Shown here: positions 35,767 through 43,724 of the stretch, one piece after another | How positions within the stretch are numbered: the stretch's first letter is position 1 | Layout: the number at the start of each line of letters is the position of its first letter | Source of the DNA: a virus | Lineage: Duplodnaviria > Caudoviricetes | DNA: 64,000 bases | Strand: one strand, 5' to 3' | Virus record (IMG/VR): IMGVR_UViG_3300033076_001578 | Span: 4,173-68,172 of that record | Translations under genes and position numbers: made by a program | Notes under the pieces: model-generated | What the model saw: only the letters and a program-made list of their open reading frames with translations | Told to the model about the DNA's origin: nothing | The model's database searches: none

Positions 35767-36203
35767 TGGTATTTGATCTTTCCAAAAAGGAAGACCGGAT
35801 CGCCTTTGGTCGACGCCTTCATGCGCGTCGCACCAAACTAGGGCTCACTCAAGCCGTGGTCGCGCACCGAGCGCGATGCACGCAATTTCCGGTCTCGATG
35901 GCGGAGCGCGGTGGACGCACGACGTGGGCGCGTGAGATACGCCGGGTCCTACTGGACGCCGAACTCTCTAACCGACGTGTGCGCCAAGAGAAGTCTCGCA
36001 TCGCCAAGATGCGTGCGTTGTGGGCCGCCATACCGACCTCCCCGGAGAAGGCTGCCTGCGAGCAGGCCATGTTAGATCGCGCGTGGACGCTGCTCGATAC
36101 TGGAATGGAGGGTGCGGCCGGATGCGACGCCCTTTTGGAATTCATGCCCGAAGCCCGGGCGGATGAACTTTTGAATGAATACTTCAAGGAGGACGTGAAA
36201 TGA
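35766..36203 (+). CDS. XRE-family HTH protein with C-terminal extension
   Basis: FGRRLHARRTKLGLTQAVVAHRARCTQFPVSMAERG. Confidence 0.8.
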   Translation: MVFDLSKKEDRIAFGRRLHARRTKLGLTQAVVAHRARCTQFPVSMAERGGRTTWAREIRRVLLDAELSNRRVRQEKSRIAKMRALWAAIPTSPEKAACEQAMLDRAWTLLDTGMEGAAGCDALLEFMPEARADELLNEYFKEDVK

Positions 36204-36544
36204 ATACGCCAGTGGGACGCCTGGGCGCGGCCGTCGAAGCAGCTGCCAGCGACCAGACCGAAGACCAGAAGCGGCGGCAGATCGCCCGCGTCGATCGCAT
36301 GCGCTGGGGTACCGGGCGCCACGCCTCCGGCGCATACGGCATCATCAGCGGTCGGGGTGAAGTGATCTCCGAGTCGCGCGAGGAAAAGCACCGCGACGCG
36401 ATCATCGCCGTCGTCCGGTCGGAGGCCGCCGGTGCAGCCATGGTCGAGCGCCTGTTGACCGAGATTAAGACGCCGGGCGCTTCGGCGACGGCGATCGCTT
36501 GCCTGGTCCAGGACGCCGAATCTTACCTGGCAGGTCGGCCGTGA
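36200..36544 (+). CDS. Hypothetical protein
   Basis: 114 aa coupled ORF. Confidence 0.65.
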   Translation: MNTPVGRLGAAVEAAASDQTEDQKRRQIARVDRMRWGTGRHASGAYGIISGRGEVISESREEKHRDAIIAVVRSEAAGAAMVERLLTEIKTPGASATAIACLVQDAESYLAGRP

Positions 36545-36960
36545 AGGGCAAGCGATTCGATCCCGGGCCGTCGCCCTTCGTGGCGGGTGCAGATGTCGCG
36601 GTTATCGATCACGACGGCGTGATCCGCAAGCGCCAGGTCGACAAGGTCTACAAGAGCGGGAACTTCACGCTGGTGACCAAGCACCCGGACCGCGGGGTGC
36701 GGCCGGACCAGTGGCGCCCCTACGGCGACCGCGCCGGGCTGGTGGGGCAGGGCAAGTGGGGTCGGTCCAGCTGCCATCCCTGGACGCCCAAGCTGGCCGA
36801 GGAGGCCATCCGGCAAGCCTGGGCGCGGCGCCACAAGCACCTGTGCCGGTCGCTGGCCGAGCTGTTCTCCAAGCCAGACGTCCTGGACGCGGGCTTCGTC
36901 GAGGACATCTGCGAGGCCGTGGCCGCCAAGGCCGTGGCCGGGTTCTGCGGCGAGCAATGA
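36541..36960 (+). CDS. Hypothetical protein
   Basis: 139 aa from GTG 36541. Confidence 0.65.
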   Translation: MKGKRFDPGPSPFVAGADVAVIDHDGVIRKRQVDKVYKSGNFTLVTKHPDRGVRPDQWRPYGDRAGLVGQGKWGRSSCHPWTPKLAEEAIRQAWARRHKHLCRSLAELFSKPDVLDAGFVEDICEAVAAKAVAGFCGEQ

Positions 36961-36970
36961 CATTGCTCAC

Positions 36971-36999
36971 TTTACTTTTCCCCGGAAGCCCGGCAAGCT
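36971..36999 (+). promoter_or_regulatory. Candidate early promoter (TTTACT with a weak -10)
   Basis: Fourth CTTTACTTTTC copy; best -10 is CAAGCT/AAGCTG. Confidence 0.55.
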
Positions 37000-37060
37000 G
37001 ACCATCGCCGACCCGATTCCCGGACCGACTTCCGGGAGGGCGGCTTCAAGGAGATAACCG

Positions 37061-38635
37061 ATGACCGCCGCAACCCTCGCCCTCACAAACCCACGCAAGT
37101 TCGTCGCCAGCGCCTACCAGCGCCGCTTCTTCGACTGGATCGCCACCGGACACGGCAGCGCGATCCTCAAGGCGGTCGCGGGCAGCGGCAAGTCCACCAG
37201 CATCGTCCGCGCGCTGGAGTACATCCCCGAGACGGCCACGGTTCTGATCCTGGCCTTCAACACGCCGATCGCCAAGGAGATGCGGGAGAAGATCGTGAAG
37301 TTCGGCGAGGAGGTCGGGCGCACCTTCCGCAACGTCGAAGCCTCGACATTTCACTCCCGCGGCTTCCGCGCGCTGGCCCGGCGCTGGGGCAAGGACGCCA
37401 AGGTCGAAGTCGACGACGGCAAAGTCCGCAAGATCCTCAAGGACCGGCTCTCCGAAGTCGAATACGAGCTCTACGGCGACTTCGTGAACAAGCTGGTCGG
37501 CTTCGCCAAGGGCGTCGGCGTCGGCATCCCCGGCCTGGCGCGCGACGAGGACGCGACCTGGCGCGGGATCATCGAGACGCAGGACATGTGGCTGGACTCC
37601 GAAGACGCCACCGAGGACCGCGCGGTCGACATCGCCCGCAAGGCCCTGCGCGCCTCCAACGCCAAGGCGGAAGCCGAACGCTGGATCGACTTCAACGACC
37701 AGCTCTACCTCCCGCTCCTCTGGAACATCCGGCTCTTTCCCCACCACTGGGTCTTCGTCGACGAAGCGCAGGACACCAACCCGGTCCGGCGGCTGTTCGC
37801 GCGGAAGTGCCTGCGCCCCGACGGCCGGTTCGTTGCCGTTGGCGACCCCCGCCAGGCCATCTACGCCTTCACCGGCGCCAGCAGCGACGCCATGGACCAG
37901 ATCGCCGACGAGTTCGACACGATCGAGCTGCCGCTGACGGTGAGCTACCGCTGCCCCAAGGCGGTCGGCCGCCTGGCCCAGGCGATCGTCCCGTACTTCG
38001 AGGTCGCCGACGGCGCCATCGAGGGCGAGGTCCTGGACCTGCCCGCCAAGCCGAAGAAGGGCGAGCGCGGCGCCTTCGACGGACTCGGCAGCCGCGACAT
38101 GGTCTTGTGCCGCCAGACGGCCCCCCTGGTTTCGCTCGCCTTCGCGTTCATCGCCGAGGGCAGGGGGTGCTTCGTGCTGGGGAAGGACATCGGCGCGGGC
38201 CTGACCGGCCTGATCAAGAAGCTGCGACCCAAGGGCGTCGACGGCCTGCTCGAGCGCCTGGACGCGTACTTCGACAAGGAGCGCGCCAAGTTCGAGGTCA
38301 AGGAGGAGACGGCCAAGATCGAGGCGCTGGCCGACCGCATCGCCTGCATCAAGACGGTCATCGACGGCTGCGGCGAGCGGGCGACGGTACCGGCGGTCCT
38401 CGCAAAGATCGAGGAGCTCTTCGCCGACGGCACCGGGAACGGGCTGCTGACGCTTTCGACGATGCACAAGTCCAAGGGTCGCGAGGCCCCGCGGGTCGCG
38501 ATCTACAAGCCGGAGCTCTGCCCCTCGAAGGCGGCGAAGTCGGAAGAAGCTTACCAGCAGGAGATGAACCTGCTCTACGTTGCCGAGACGCGCGCCATCG
38601 AGACGCTGATCTTCGCCCAGGGGGAGTACCGCTGA
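37061..38635 (+). CDS. Second UvrD-like SF1 helicase
   Basis: AVAGSGKST, LAFN, STFHS, FVDEAQD, VGDPRQAIY.F.GA, SYRCP, TMHKSKGRE, LLYVAETRA. Confidence 0.93.
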   Translation: MTAATLALTNPRKFVASAYQRRFFDWIATGHGSAILKAVAGSGKSTSIVRALEYIPETATVLILAFNTPIAKEMREKIVKFGEEVGRTFRNVEASTFHSRGFRALARRWGKDAKVEVDDGKVRKILKDRLSEVEYELYGDFVNKLVGFAKGVGVGIPGLARDEDATWRGIIETQDMWLDSEDATEDRAVDIARKALRASNAKAEAERWIDFNDQLYLPLLWNIRLFPHHWVFVDEAQDTNPVRRLFARKCLRPDGRFVAVGDPRQAIYAFTGASSDAMDQIADEFDTIELPLTVSYRCPKAVGRLAQAIVPYFEVADGAIEGEVLDLPAKPKKGERGAFDGLGSRDMVLCRQTAPLVSLAFAFIAEGRGCFVLGKDIGAGLTGLIKKLRPKGVDGLLERLDAYFDKERAKFEVKEETAKIEALADRIACIKTVIDGCGERATVPAVLAKIEELFADGTGNGLLTLSTMHKSKGREAPRVAIYKPELCPSKAAKSEEAYQQEMNLLYVAETRAIETLIFAQGEYR

Positions 38636-38856
38636 TGGGCTTGTTTCGACGCAAGTTCGACGGGCAGATCACTTCGACGGAGTCGGAGCGCCGCGAGGCC
38701 GAGGATGACCGGAACGCCGAGCGCCTCGTCCGGTGGGTCAAGGTCTCCGGCTACCGGCGGCACCTCGCCGCGATCGATGCTGCGGTTGAGGCGACGTACG
38801 GCCCGGGGCAACCGACGCTCGTGTCGGCGTACGACGAAATGAGGGGACGCTGCTGA
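38635..38856 (+). CDS. Hypothetical protein
   Basis: 73 aa with TGATG coupling at both ends. Confidence 0.6.
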   Translation: MGLFRRKFDGQITSTESERREAEDDRNAERLVRWVKVSGYRRHLAAIDAAVEATYGPGQPTLVSAYDEMRGRC

Positions 38857-39080
38857 TGGGAAAGCACTGCGGCAACGCCGAAGTGAGCAAGATGCTGGAC
38901 GTCCTGGTAGACGAGTTCGGCTGGGAGGTCGAGCGGCGCCGGGACCACGTGGTCGCCTGGGCGCCGGGCAGGATCGAGAAACTGACCGTTTCGGGCGGCA
39001 AGCACGTCGACCCGGAGTACCTGCGGAAGCTGAAGGGCAAGATCCGGAAGCTCCGCGAAGCCAAGGAGTCGAGGACATGA
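38856..39080 (+). CDS. Small basic protein, possibly HicA-like dsRBD fold
   Basis: L..EFGWEVERRRDH....PG....TVS...H......LRKL pattern; no HicB partner seen. Confidence 0.45.
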   Translation: MGKHCGNAEVSKMLDVLVDEFGWEVERRRDHVVAWAPGRIEKLTVSGGKHVDPEYLRKLKGKIRKLREAKESRT

Positions 39081-39355
39081 AATTACTGTTCGGACTGATC
39101 GTATTCTTCATCCTCTTCGGGTGGCTCGGCCTTGCGTCCGTGCTGGTCCTGGCGGTGAAGTACTTCTGGGTCCTGGTCGCGCTGCTGGCGATCTGGGTCT
39201 TCCGCGGGCCGCTTGGCGAACTGTCCGACCGGCTCCAGGGGGTACCTCCCGCGGTTGTACCGCACGATCCCGATGCGCCCGTCTGCCCGGCTTGCGGCGG
39301 ATACGGTGGTTTTTATACCTGCCCGAAATGCACGAACGGTAAGGCAGGTTCGTGA
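39077..39355 (+). CDS. Membrane protein with a C-terminal CxxC...CxxC motif
   Basis: Two hydrophobic segments followed by CPACGG.GGFYTCPKC. Confidence 0.7.
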   Translation: MKLLFGLIVFFILFGWLGLASVLVLAVKYFWVLVALLAIWVFRGPLGELSDRLQGVPPAVVPHDPDAPVCPACGGYGGFYTCPKCTNGKAGS

Positions 39356-39861
39356 GGTACTTCACCGCCGACACGCACTTCGGACACAAGAAGGCGCCCG
39401 CCTGGCGCGGCTACGGCGGCGTCGACGAAATGGACGCGGAGATGATCTACGCCTGGAACCAGGTCGTGGGCGGAGGCGACTTGGTGATCCACCTCGGCGA
39501 CTTCGCCTTCGCGAACAAGACCCGCGTCGAGGACCTGCTGTCGAAGCTGCATGGCGAGAAGGACCTCGGCCGCGGCAACCACGACCCGCGGTCGACCGTC
39601 AACGCGGTCGGCTGGGCCGGGTGGTTCGATCGCCGCGTGATCACGCTCGCCGACGGCGCGCGGGCCGAGTTGGTCCACAACCCGGCGGACGCGACCGGCC
39701 GCACCGGCCTGGTCCTGCACGGCCACATGCACGGCATGCCGAACCTTCACCCCTTCGAACGCAAGCCCGGCGTTCGGTACTACGACGTGGGCGTCGACGC
39801 GCGAAAGGACATGGCTCCGATCCGCGAATGGGACTTGATCGAAAAACTCAACAGGAGATAA
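39352..39861 (+). CDS. Calcineurin-like metallophosphoesterase
   Basis: TADTHFGH, HLGDF, GNHD, LHGHMH motifs. Confidence 0.92.
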   Translation: MRYFTADTHFGHKKAPAWRGYGGVDEMDAEMIYAWNQVVGGGDLVIHLGDFAFANKTRVEDLLSKLHGEKDLGRGNHDPRSTVNAVGWAGWFDRRVITLADGARAELVHNPADATGRTGLVLHGHMHGMPNLHPFERKPGVRYYDVGVDARKDMAPIREWDLIEKLNRR

Positions 39862-39867
39862 CCGGAA

Positions 39868-40000
39868 ATGATGACTTTTGAAAAGTACCGCGGCCGACTT
39901 CCTCGAGGGCCTCTACACGGAGCTCTGCCCGCTCGCGGACCGCTTCGAGCGGATCGAATCGGGGTACAAGGAAGACCTCGCCGCGATCGGCGTTTTGTAG
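39868..40000 (+). CDS. Small ORF, either TTG start at 39878 or ATG 39868 plus a frameshift in TTTT
   Basis: GC3-rich frame 39878-40000 (LKSTAADFLEGLYTELC...). The ATAACCGG leader sits right before the out-of-frame ATG 39868. Confidence 0.45.
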
Positions 40001-40024
40001 AAACACGGAAAGGATAACCGGAAA

Positions 40025-40255
40025 ATGGCACGCAAGAAGAACGACTACGAACACATGTACCTCGTCGCCCTCGAACCCGAGGCGCCGCTGCCGAAGGGCA
40101 CGGTCCTTCAGGCCTTGGTGAAGTCGTCGGGAGACACAGTGGGCGCGGTGAACATCCGCCTCGACGACTTCGAGCTCTGGCGCGAGCAGAAGGTCGTCCG
40201 GACCTTCAAGTCTCTGCGCGAGATGTTCGCCTACATCAACAAGCGGGGGTGGTAG
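40025..40255 (+). CDS. Hypothetical protein
   Basis: 76 aa; ATAACCGG leader. Confidence 0.7.
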   Translation: MARKKNDYEHMYLVALEPEAPLPKGTVLQALVKSSGDTVGAVNIRLDDFELWREQKVVRTFKSLREMFAYINKRGW

Positions 40256-40257
40256 TC

Positions 40258-40641
40258 GTGAGTAAAACGATCACGATCAAAGGTCGCATCGACGTTCGGA
40301 ATGGAATCGATGACGCCGAAAGCGAATCAATCATTTACATTTCGGACGTGCCGGATGAACCGCTCCTAGAGCGCATCCAAAGTATAAAAGGCATCTACGA
40401 AAAGAAGGTCTCGTTTCGCTGGTGGACGTCTACCGAAGAAGCGAGTGTCGATAAGGTGAAAGAGGAATTCATAAAAAAGGTTCTCGGATTCGCCAGTGTC
40501 AGCTTCGGCGCGGTGTATAGCGACCTGACTGGGTTCCTTTGGTTCAACAACGACATGAAAATTGGCGGCCATGACGTCGCTGCCGAAATAGCGAGTGAAA
40601 CTGGACGCTGGATCGTCCTTGAGATTGAGGTGCATTCATGA
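40258..40641 (+). CDS. Hypothetical protein (lower GC)
   Basis: 127 aa from GTG 40258 with ATGA coupling downstream. Confidence 0.65.
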   Translation: MSKTITIKGRIDVRNGIDDAESESIIYISDVPDEPLLERIQSIKGIYEKKVSFRWWTSTEEASVDKVKEEFIKKVLGFASVSFGAVYSDLTGFLWFNNDMKIGGHDVAAEIASETGRWIVLEIEVHS

Positions 40642-41819
40642 CCGCCGTAGTGTTCGAGACCCCCGGCCTGATCGACCTGCGGGCCTTCACGATCATGGGC
40701 GCCCACGCCAAGCCCAATGCATCAAACCCCATCGGCTTCTTCGGTACCGGCCTCAAGTACGCGATCGCTGTAGCGGTCCGCCTGGGCGACGAGCCGGTGG
40801 TCTGGGTCGGCCGGGACAAGCTGACCTTCTCGAAGCGGTCCGGCAAGTTCCGCGGCACCGACCTCGAGACGATCCGGATGAGCGTGCTCAAGGACGGCAA
40901 CAAGCGGCCGACGCACTACGAGCTGCCGTTCACGACCCGGTATGGCGCCCGCTGGGAGCCGTGGATGGCCTTCCGCGAGCTGGAGTCCAACACCCGCGAC
41001 GAGGGCGGCACGACCTACATCGTCGAGGGCGGGATGCCCGACGCGGCGCCGTCGGGCGGCCGGACCCTGATGGTCTTCTCCGCACCCGAGATCGTCGAGG
41101 CCGCCCGCGCCATCGACGCGATCTTCCTACCGCGCGCCAGGCGCAGTGGGACCCTGCTCGAGGCGCTCGACCCGGACGACCGGCCGCTCGCCGAGGACGC
41201 GGACTTCGTGTTCTACCGGACGATGCGCGCCATGAAGATCGACAAGCCGTCGATCTACACCTACAACGTCCTCGAAGCGCTCCAGCTGACCGAGGACCGG
41301 ACGATCGCCTACACCTTCCAGGTCCGGGACATCCTGGCGCGCTGGGTCCTGACGGAAGCGACCGAGGAGCAGGTCGAGGCGATCGTCACCGCGGGCGACG
41401 AGTGGTGGGAGCACGGCCTCGAGTACCCCGGCCACGTCAAACCCAGCGAGGCCTTCAAGGCCGTCATGCTCCGGCGACCCAAGGGCGTCAGTTCGTATGC
41501 CTGGGCCTATTGGGGCGGGTACAAGAGCCCGGCGCCGCGGCGGGTCGCGCGATCGTTCAACCTCTTCGAGCACTTCCCGAAGCCGTGGACCGTATCGGGC
41601 GACGTCGTCGTGGCCGACGGCGGCGACATCGTCTTCGAACGGCCGGACAACATGAGCTCCTGGGTCTGGGACGAGACGGCCGCCGCGATCGTCCGGCGCC
41701 TCGAGGCCGGGGACTCGACGGCGGGGGCCGAATCGGACGATGAAGAAGAGGAAGCCGAACCGGCCGAACCCCTCGATCCCGAGGACGCGGCGCCGGAGTA
41801 CGAACCGGAGTTCCCATGA
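40638..41819 (+). CDS. GHKL (HATPase)-like ATPase with permuted motif order
   Basis: G..AK....IGFFGTGLK at aa 21-40 precedes the N-box FRELESNTRD at aa 112-121. Confidence 0.75.
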   Translation: MTAVVFETPGLIDLRAFTIMGAHAKPNASNPIGFFGTGLKYAIAVAVRLGDEPVVWVGRDKLTFSKRSGKFRGTDLETIRMSVLKDGNKRPTHYELPFTTRYGARWEPWMAFRELESNTRDEGGTTYIVEGGMPDAAPSGGRTLMVFSAPEIVEAARAIDAIFLPRARRSGTLLEALDPDDRPLAEDADFVFYRTMRAMKIDKPSIYTYNVLEALQLTEDRTIAYTFQVRDILARWVLTEATEEQVEAIVTAGDEWWEHGLEYPGHVKPSEAFKAVMLRRPKGVSSYAWAYWGGYKSPAPRRVARSFNLFEHFPKPWTVSGDVVVADGGDIVFERPDNMSSWVWDETAAAIVRRLEAGDSTAGAESDDEEEEAEPAEPLDPEDAAPEYEPEFP

Positions 41820-42004
41820 CCGTTTACCAGCCCGGACCCGCGAAGCGCCCCCTGCTCCTGCGCCCCCAGCCATGGGCAGGGGGGCTGTCGCTGGCCGGGT
41901 TGGCCCTGGTCCTGGCCCTGGGCGTCCCGCTGGTTTGGGGCGGCTGCGCGCTGGTTTGGGCGGCCGACGGGGCCTACCACGGAGAAACGGCCCGCAGCCG
42001 TTAG
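41816..42004 (+). CDS. Small single-TM membrane protein, last early gene
   Basis: 62 aa; hydrophobic LSLAGLALVLALGVPLVWGGCALVW. Confidence 0.6.
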   Translation: MTVYQPGPAKRPLLLRPQPWAGGLSLAGLALVLALGVPLVWGGCALVWAADGAYHGETARSR

Positions 42005-42090
42005 GCAGGACCCGCCTCGCGCGACCCGGCCGCTACCCAAGGACCTCGAAACCAAACGCCCGCGTGCGGCCGCCTGTGGCCCTGGAAGCG

Positions 42091-42119
42091 AAAAGGCCCC
42101 GGCGGGGCTGCCGGGGCCT
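42091..42119 (-). terminator. Second (back-up) terminator for the late transcript
   Basis: AGGCCCCGGC-6nt-GCCGGGGCCT stem with AAAA on the + strand 5' side, giving a U-tract on the - strand. Confidence 0.7.
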
Positions 42120-42229
42120 ATCAAAAATCGGGACTTCCAAGGGACTAGCGCATGGCGGCCTCCTTTGCCGGTTGATGGGACTTGGTCCATCTCACAGATG
42201 GCCGGATCCTACGCCAGGCGCCCGGAAAT

Positions 42230-42261
42230 AAAAAGGCCCGGGAATCGCTCCCGGGCCTTTT
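42230..42261. terminator. Bidirectional intrinsic terminator where the two arms converge
   Basis: AAAAAGGCCCGGGA-ATCGC-TCCCGGGCCTTTT. Confidence 0.9.
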
Positions 42262-42280
42262 CGTCTTCGGTGTGTCGGCG

Positions 42281-42493
42281 TTATGCGGTTTTCGCATCCT
42301 CGGCGGCGATGTCGGCGATGAGCGCGCTGTTGGACTTGACCCGCTCCAGAAGGGCGTCGATCTCGGCCTGGGTCGGCTCCTTGCCGTCGGTGAGCATTTT
42401 GTAGAGTTCCTTGATCGCCGCGGTGGCGCGGATCAGGTCCGGCGCCAGCTGGACGATCTGGAGGGCGAGTGCGAGGGCGGCTGCGGCGTTCAT
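42281..42493 (-). CDS. Small lysis-cassette protein
   Basis: 70 aa from ATG 42493; hydrophobic N-terminus followed by an amphipathic helix. Confidence 0.7.
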   Translation of the reverse strand: MNAAAALALALQIVQLAPDLIRATAAIKELYKMLTDGKEPTQAEIDALLERVKSNSALIADIAAEDAKTA

Positions 42494-42494
42494 G

Positions 42495-42878
42495 TTACTG
42501 TCCCTTCCGCAGGAGGCCGGTGGCGGCGATCTTGACCTTCGCGTCTTCGATCGCCTGCATGACCTTCTGCAAGTAGTTGTTGGTGTCGGTGACGTCACCG
42601 CGCATGACGGCTTCGGCGGCGCCGATCGTCGAGCTCACGGCGGCGTCGGCCTTCGCCAGGTCGGCGAAGACGGCGCGGTCGTGGCAGAGCATCGGCGCGG
42701 GCTGCGGGCAGACCGGCAGTCGGCCGTAGCTGATGACGAGGGGCTGGTAGACGTCGCCGTAGGACTTGAGCGCGACCTTGACGGCCAGCTTGGCGTCGGA
42801 CGTGACGGCATTGTCGGGGAGGAAGGCGCAGCCGCCGGTCACCAGGACCAGCACTGCGGCGGCAAGTATTCGTTTCAT
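42495..42878 (-). CDS. Putative lipoprotein in the lysis cassette
   Basis: MKRILAAAVLVLVTGGC signal with a lipobox-like Cys. Confidence 0.7.
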   Translation of the reverse strand: MKRILAAAVLVLVTGGCAFLPDNAVTSDAKLAVKVALKSYGDVYQPLVISYGRLPVCPQPAPMLCHDRAVFADLAKADAAVSSTIGAAEAVMRGDVTDTNNYLQKVMQAIEDAKVKIAATGLLRKGQ

Positions 42879-42925
42879 GAACTTTCCCTTCATGGTACGC
42901 GCCAGGACCCGGGCGCGCGGCGGGA

Positions 42926-43270
42926 TTAGGGTCGGGGCTGGCCCGTATGCCGGTTCGCCGAAGCATATTCGAGGGTGCCGACGCGGGATTTAAGGTCGTC
43001 GATGCTCCCGGTCGCGAAGCGGATGGCGTCGTCGCGGCGGTCGAAGTCCCGCTTCGCGTCGGCGCCCTTGTAGGGATCGGCGAGCGCGGACGCGATCTGC
43101 GACTTCATGACGGCTATGTCGTTGCTCATGGCGAGCAGGACGGTCAGCCCCCATACGGACGTGGGCGCCAGGACAACCGCTGCGAACACGCCAGCGAATC
43201 GTCCGATCATCTGGAAGACGGTGCTCTCGTTCAATTTCCTGATCCGGTTGTTGAAGTCTTGGCTGGTCAT
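42926..43270 (-). CDS. Single-TM coiled-coil protein in the lysis cassette
   Basis: MTSQDF..., TM FAGVFAAVVLAPTSVWGLTVLLA, then heptad-like helix. Confidence 0.65.
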   Translation of the reverse strand: MTSQDFNNRIRKLNESTVFQMIGRFAGVFAAVVLAPTSVWGLTVLLAMSNDIAVMKSQIASALADPYKGADAKRDFDRRDDAIRFATGSIDDLKSRVGTLEYASANRHTGQPRP

Positions 43271-43578
43271 TTGCCGCAAGCCTCACGGATGGCGGCGTTG
43301 TTTTTACGGGTCGGGGAAATGGTTTCGGGAGTATCGAAGACATTCGCCGCGGACTCGTCGACCGGGTGGTCAGGGTCCGGGGCATTAAACGTGACGATGG
43401 AAATTTGGGAACAAGGAACGAATCGTCCAGTCGGTGCGTTGTTGGTTTGCGCCGGACTGGGTACGGGCGGTGGCGGGGAATTATTTTTCGCGCCGGTTGT
43501 CGGGGTCGTTGTACACGACGCGAGGATCATCGACAACGCGATCGCGGGCAGCGCCCGCCCTGTCCGCGACGTCGACAT
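43267..43578 (-). CDS. Outer-membrane spanin (Rz1-like lipoprotein)
   Basis: ALPAIALSMILASC lipobox, Pro-rich, additional Cys residues; its start lies inside the upstream TM gene. Confidence 0.75.
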   Translation of the reverse strand: MSTSRTGRALPAIALSMILASCTTTPTTGAKNNSPPPPVPSPAQTNNAPTGRFVPCSQISIVTFNAPDPDHPVDESAANVFDTPETISPTRKNNAAIREACGK

Positions 43579-43723
43579 AGTTCCTGAGCCCTTCATTTTC
43601 TGCCTCCAGTTTTCCGACCTTTTGGTCGGCACTCGGCTCGGCCGACGCCTTGGGAGCGTAGCCGAACCATCCTAGCACAACGGGCGCCGCCGTGGAAAAT
43701 ATCCACAAGAGCCAGCCCGGCAT
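43481..43723 (-). CDS. Inner-membrane spanin (Rz-like)
   Basis: N-terminal TM plus coiled coil; 98-bp overlap with the lipoprotein gene. Confidence 0.7.
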   Translation of the reverse strand: MPGWLLWIFSTAAPVVLGWFGYAPKASAEPSADQKVGKLEAENEGLRNYVDVADRAGAARDRVVDDPRVVYNDPDNRREK

Positions 43724-43724
43724 C

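Noticed and set aside
42005-42229. Coding potential in the convergent gap (ORFs 41507-42190, 41740-42231, 42182-42535)
   Set aside because: They cross terminators or real genes and have low-complexity translations; the region is treated as non-coding.
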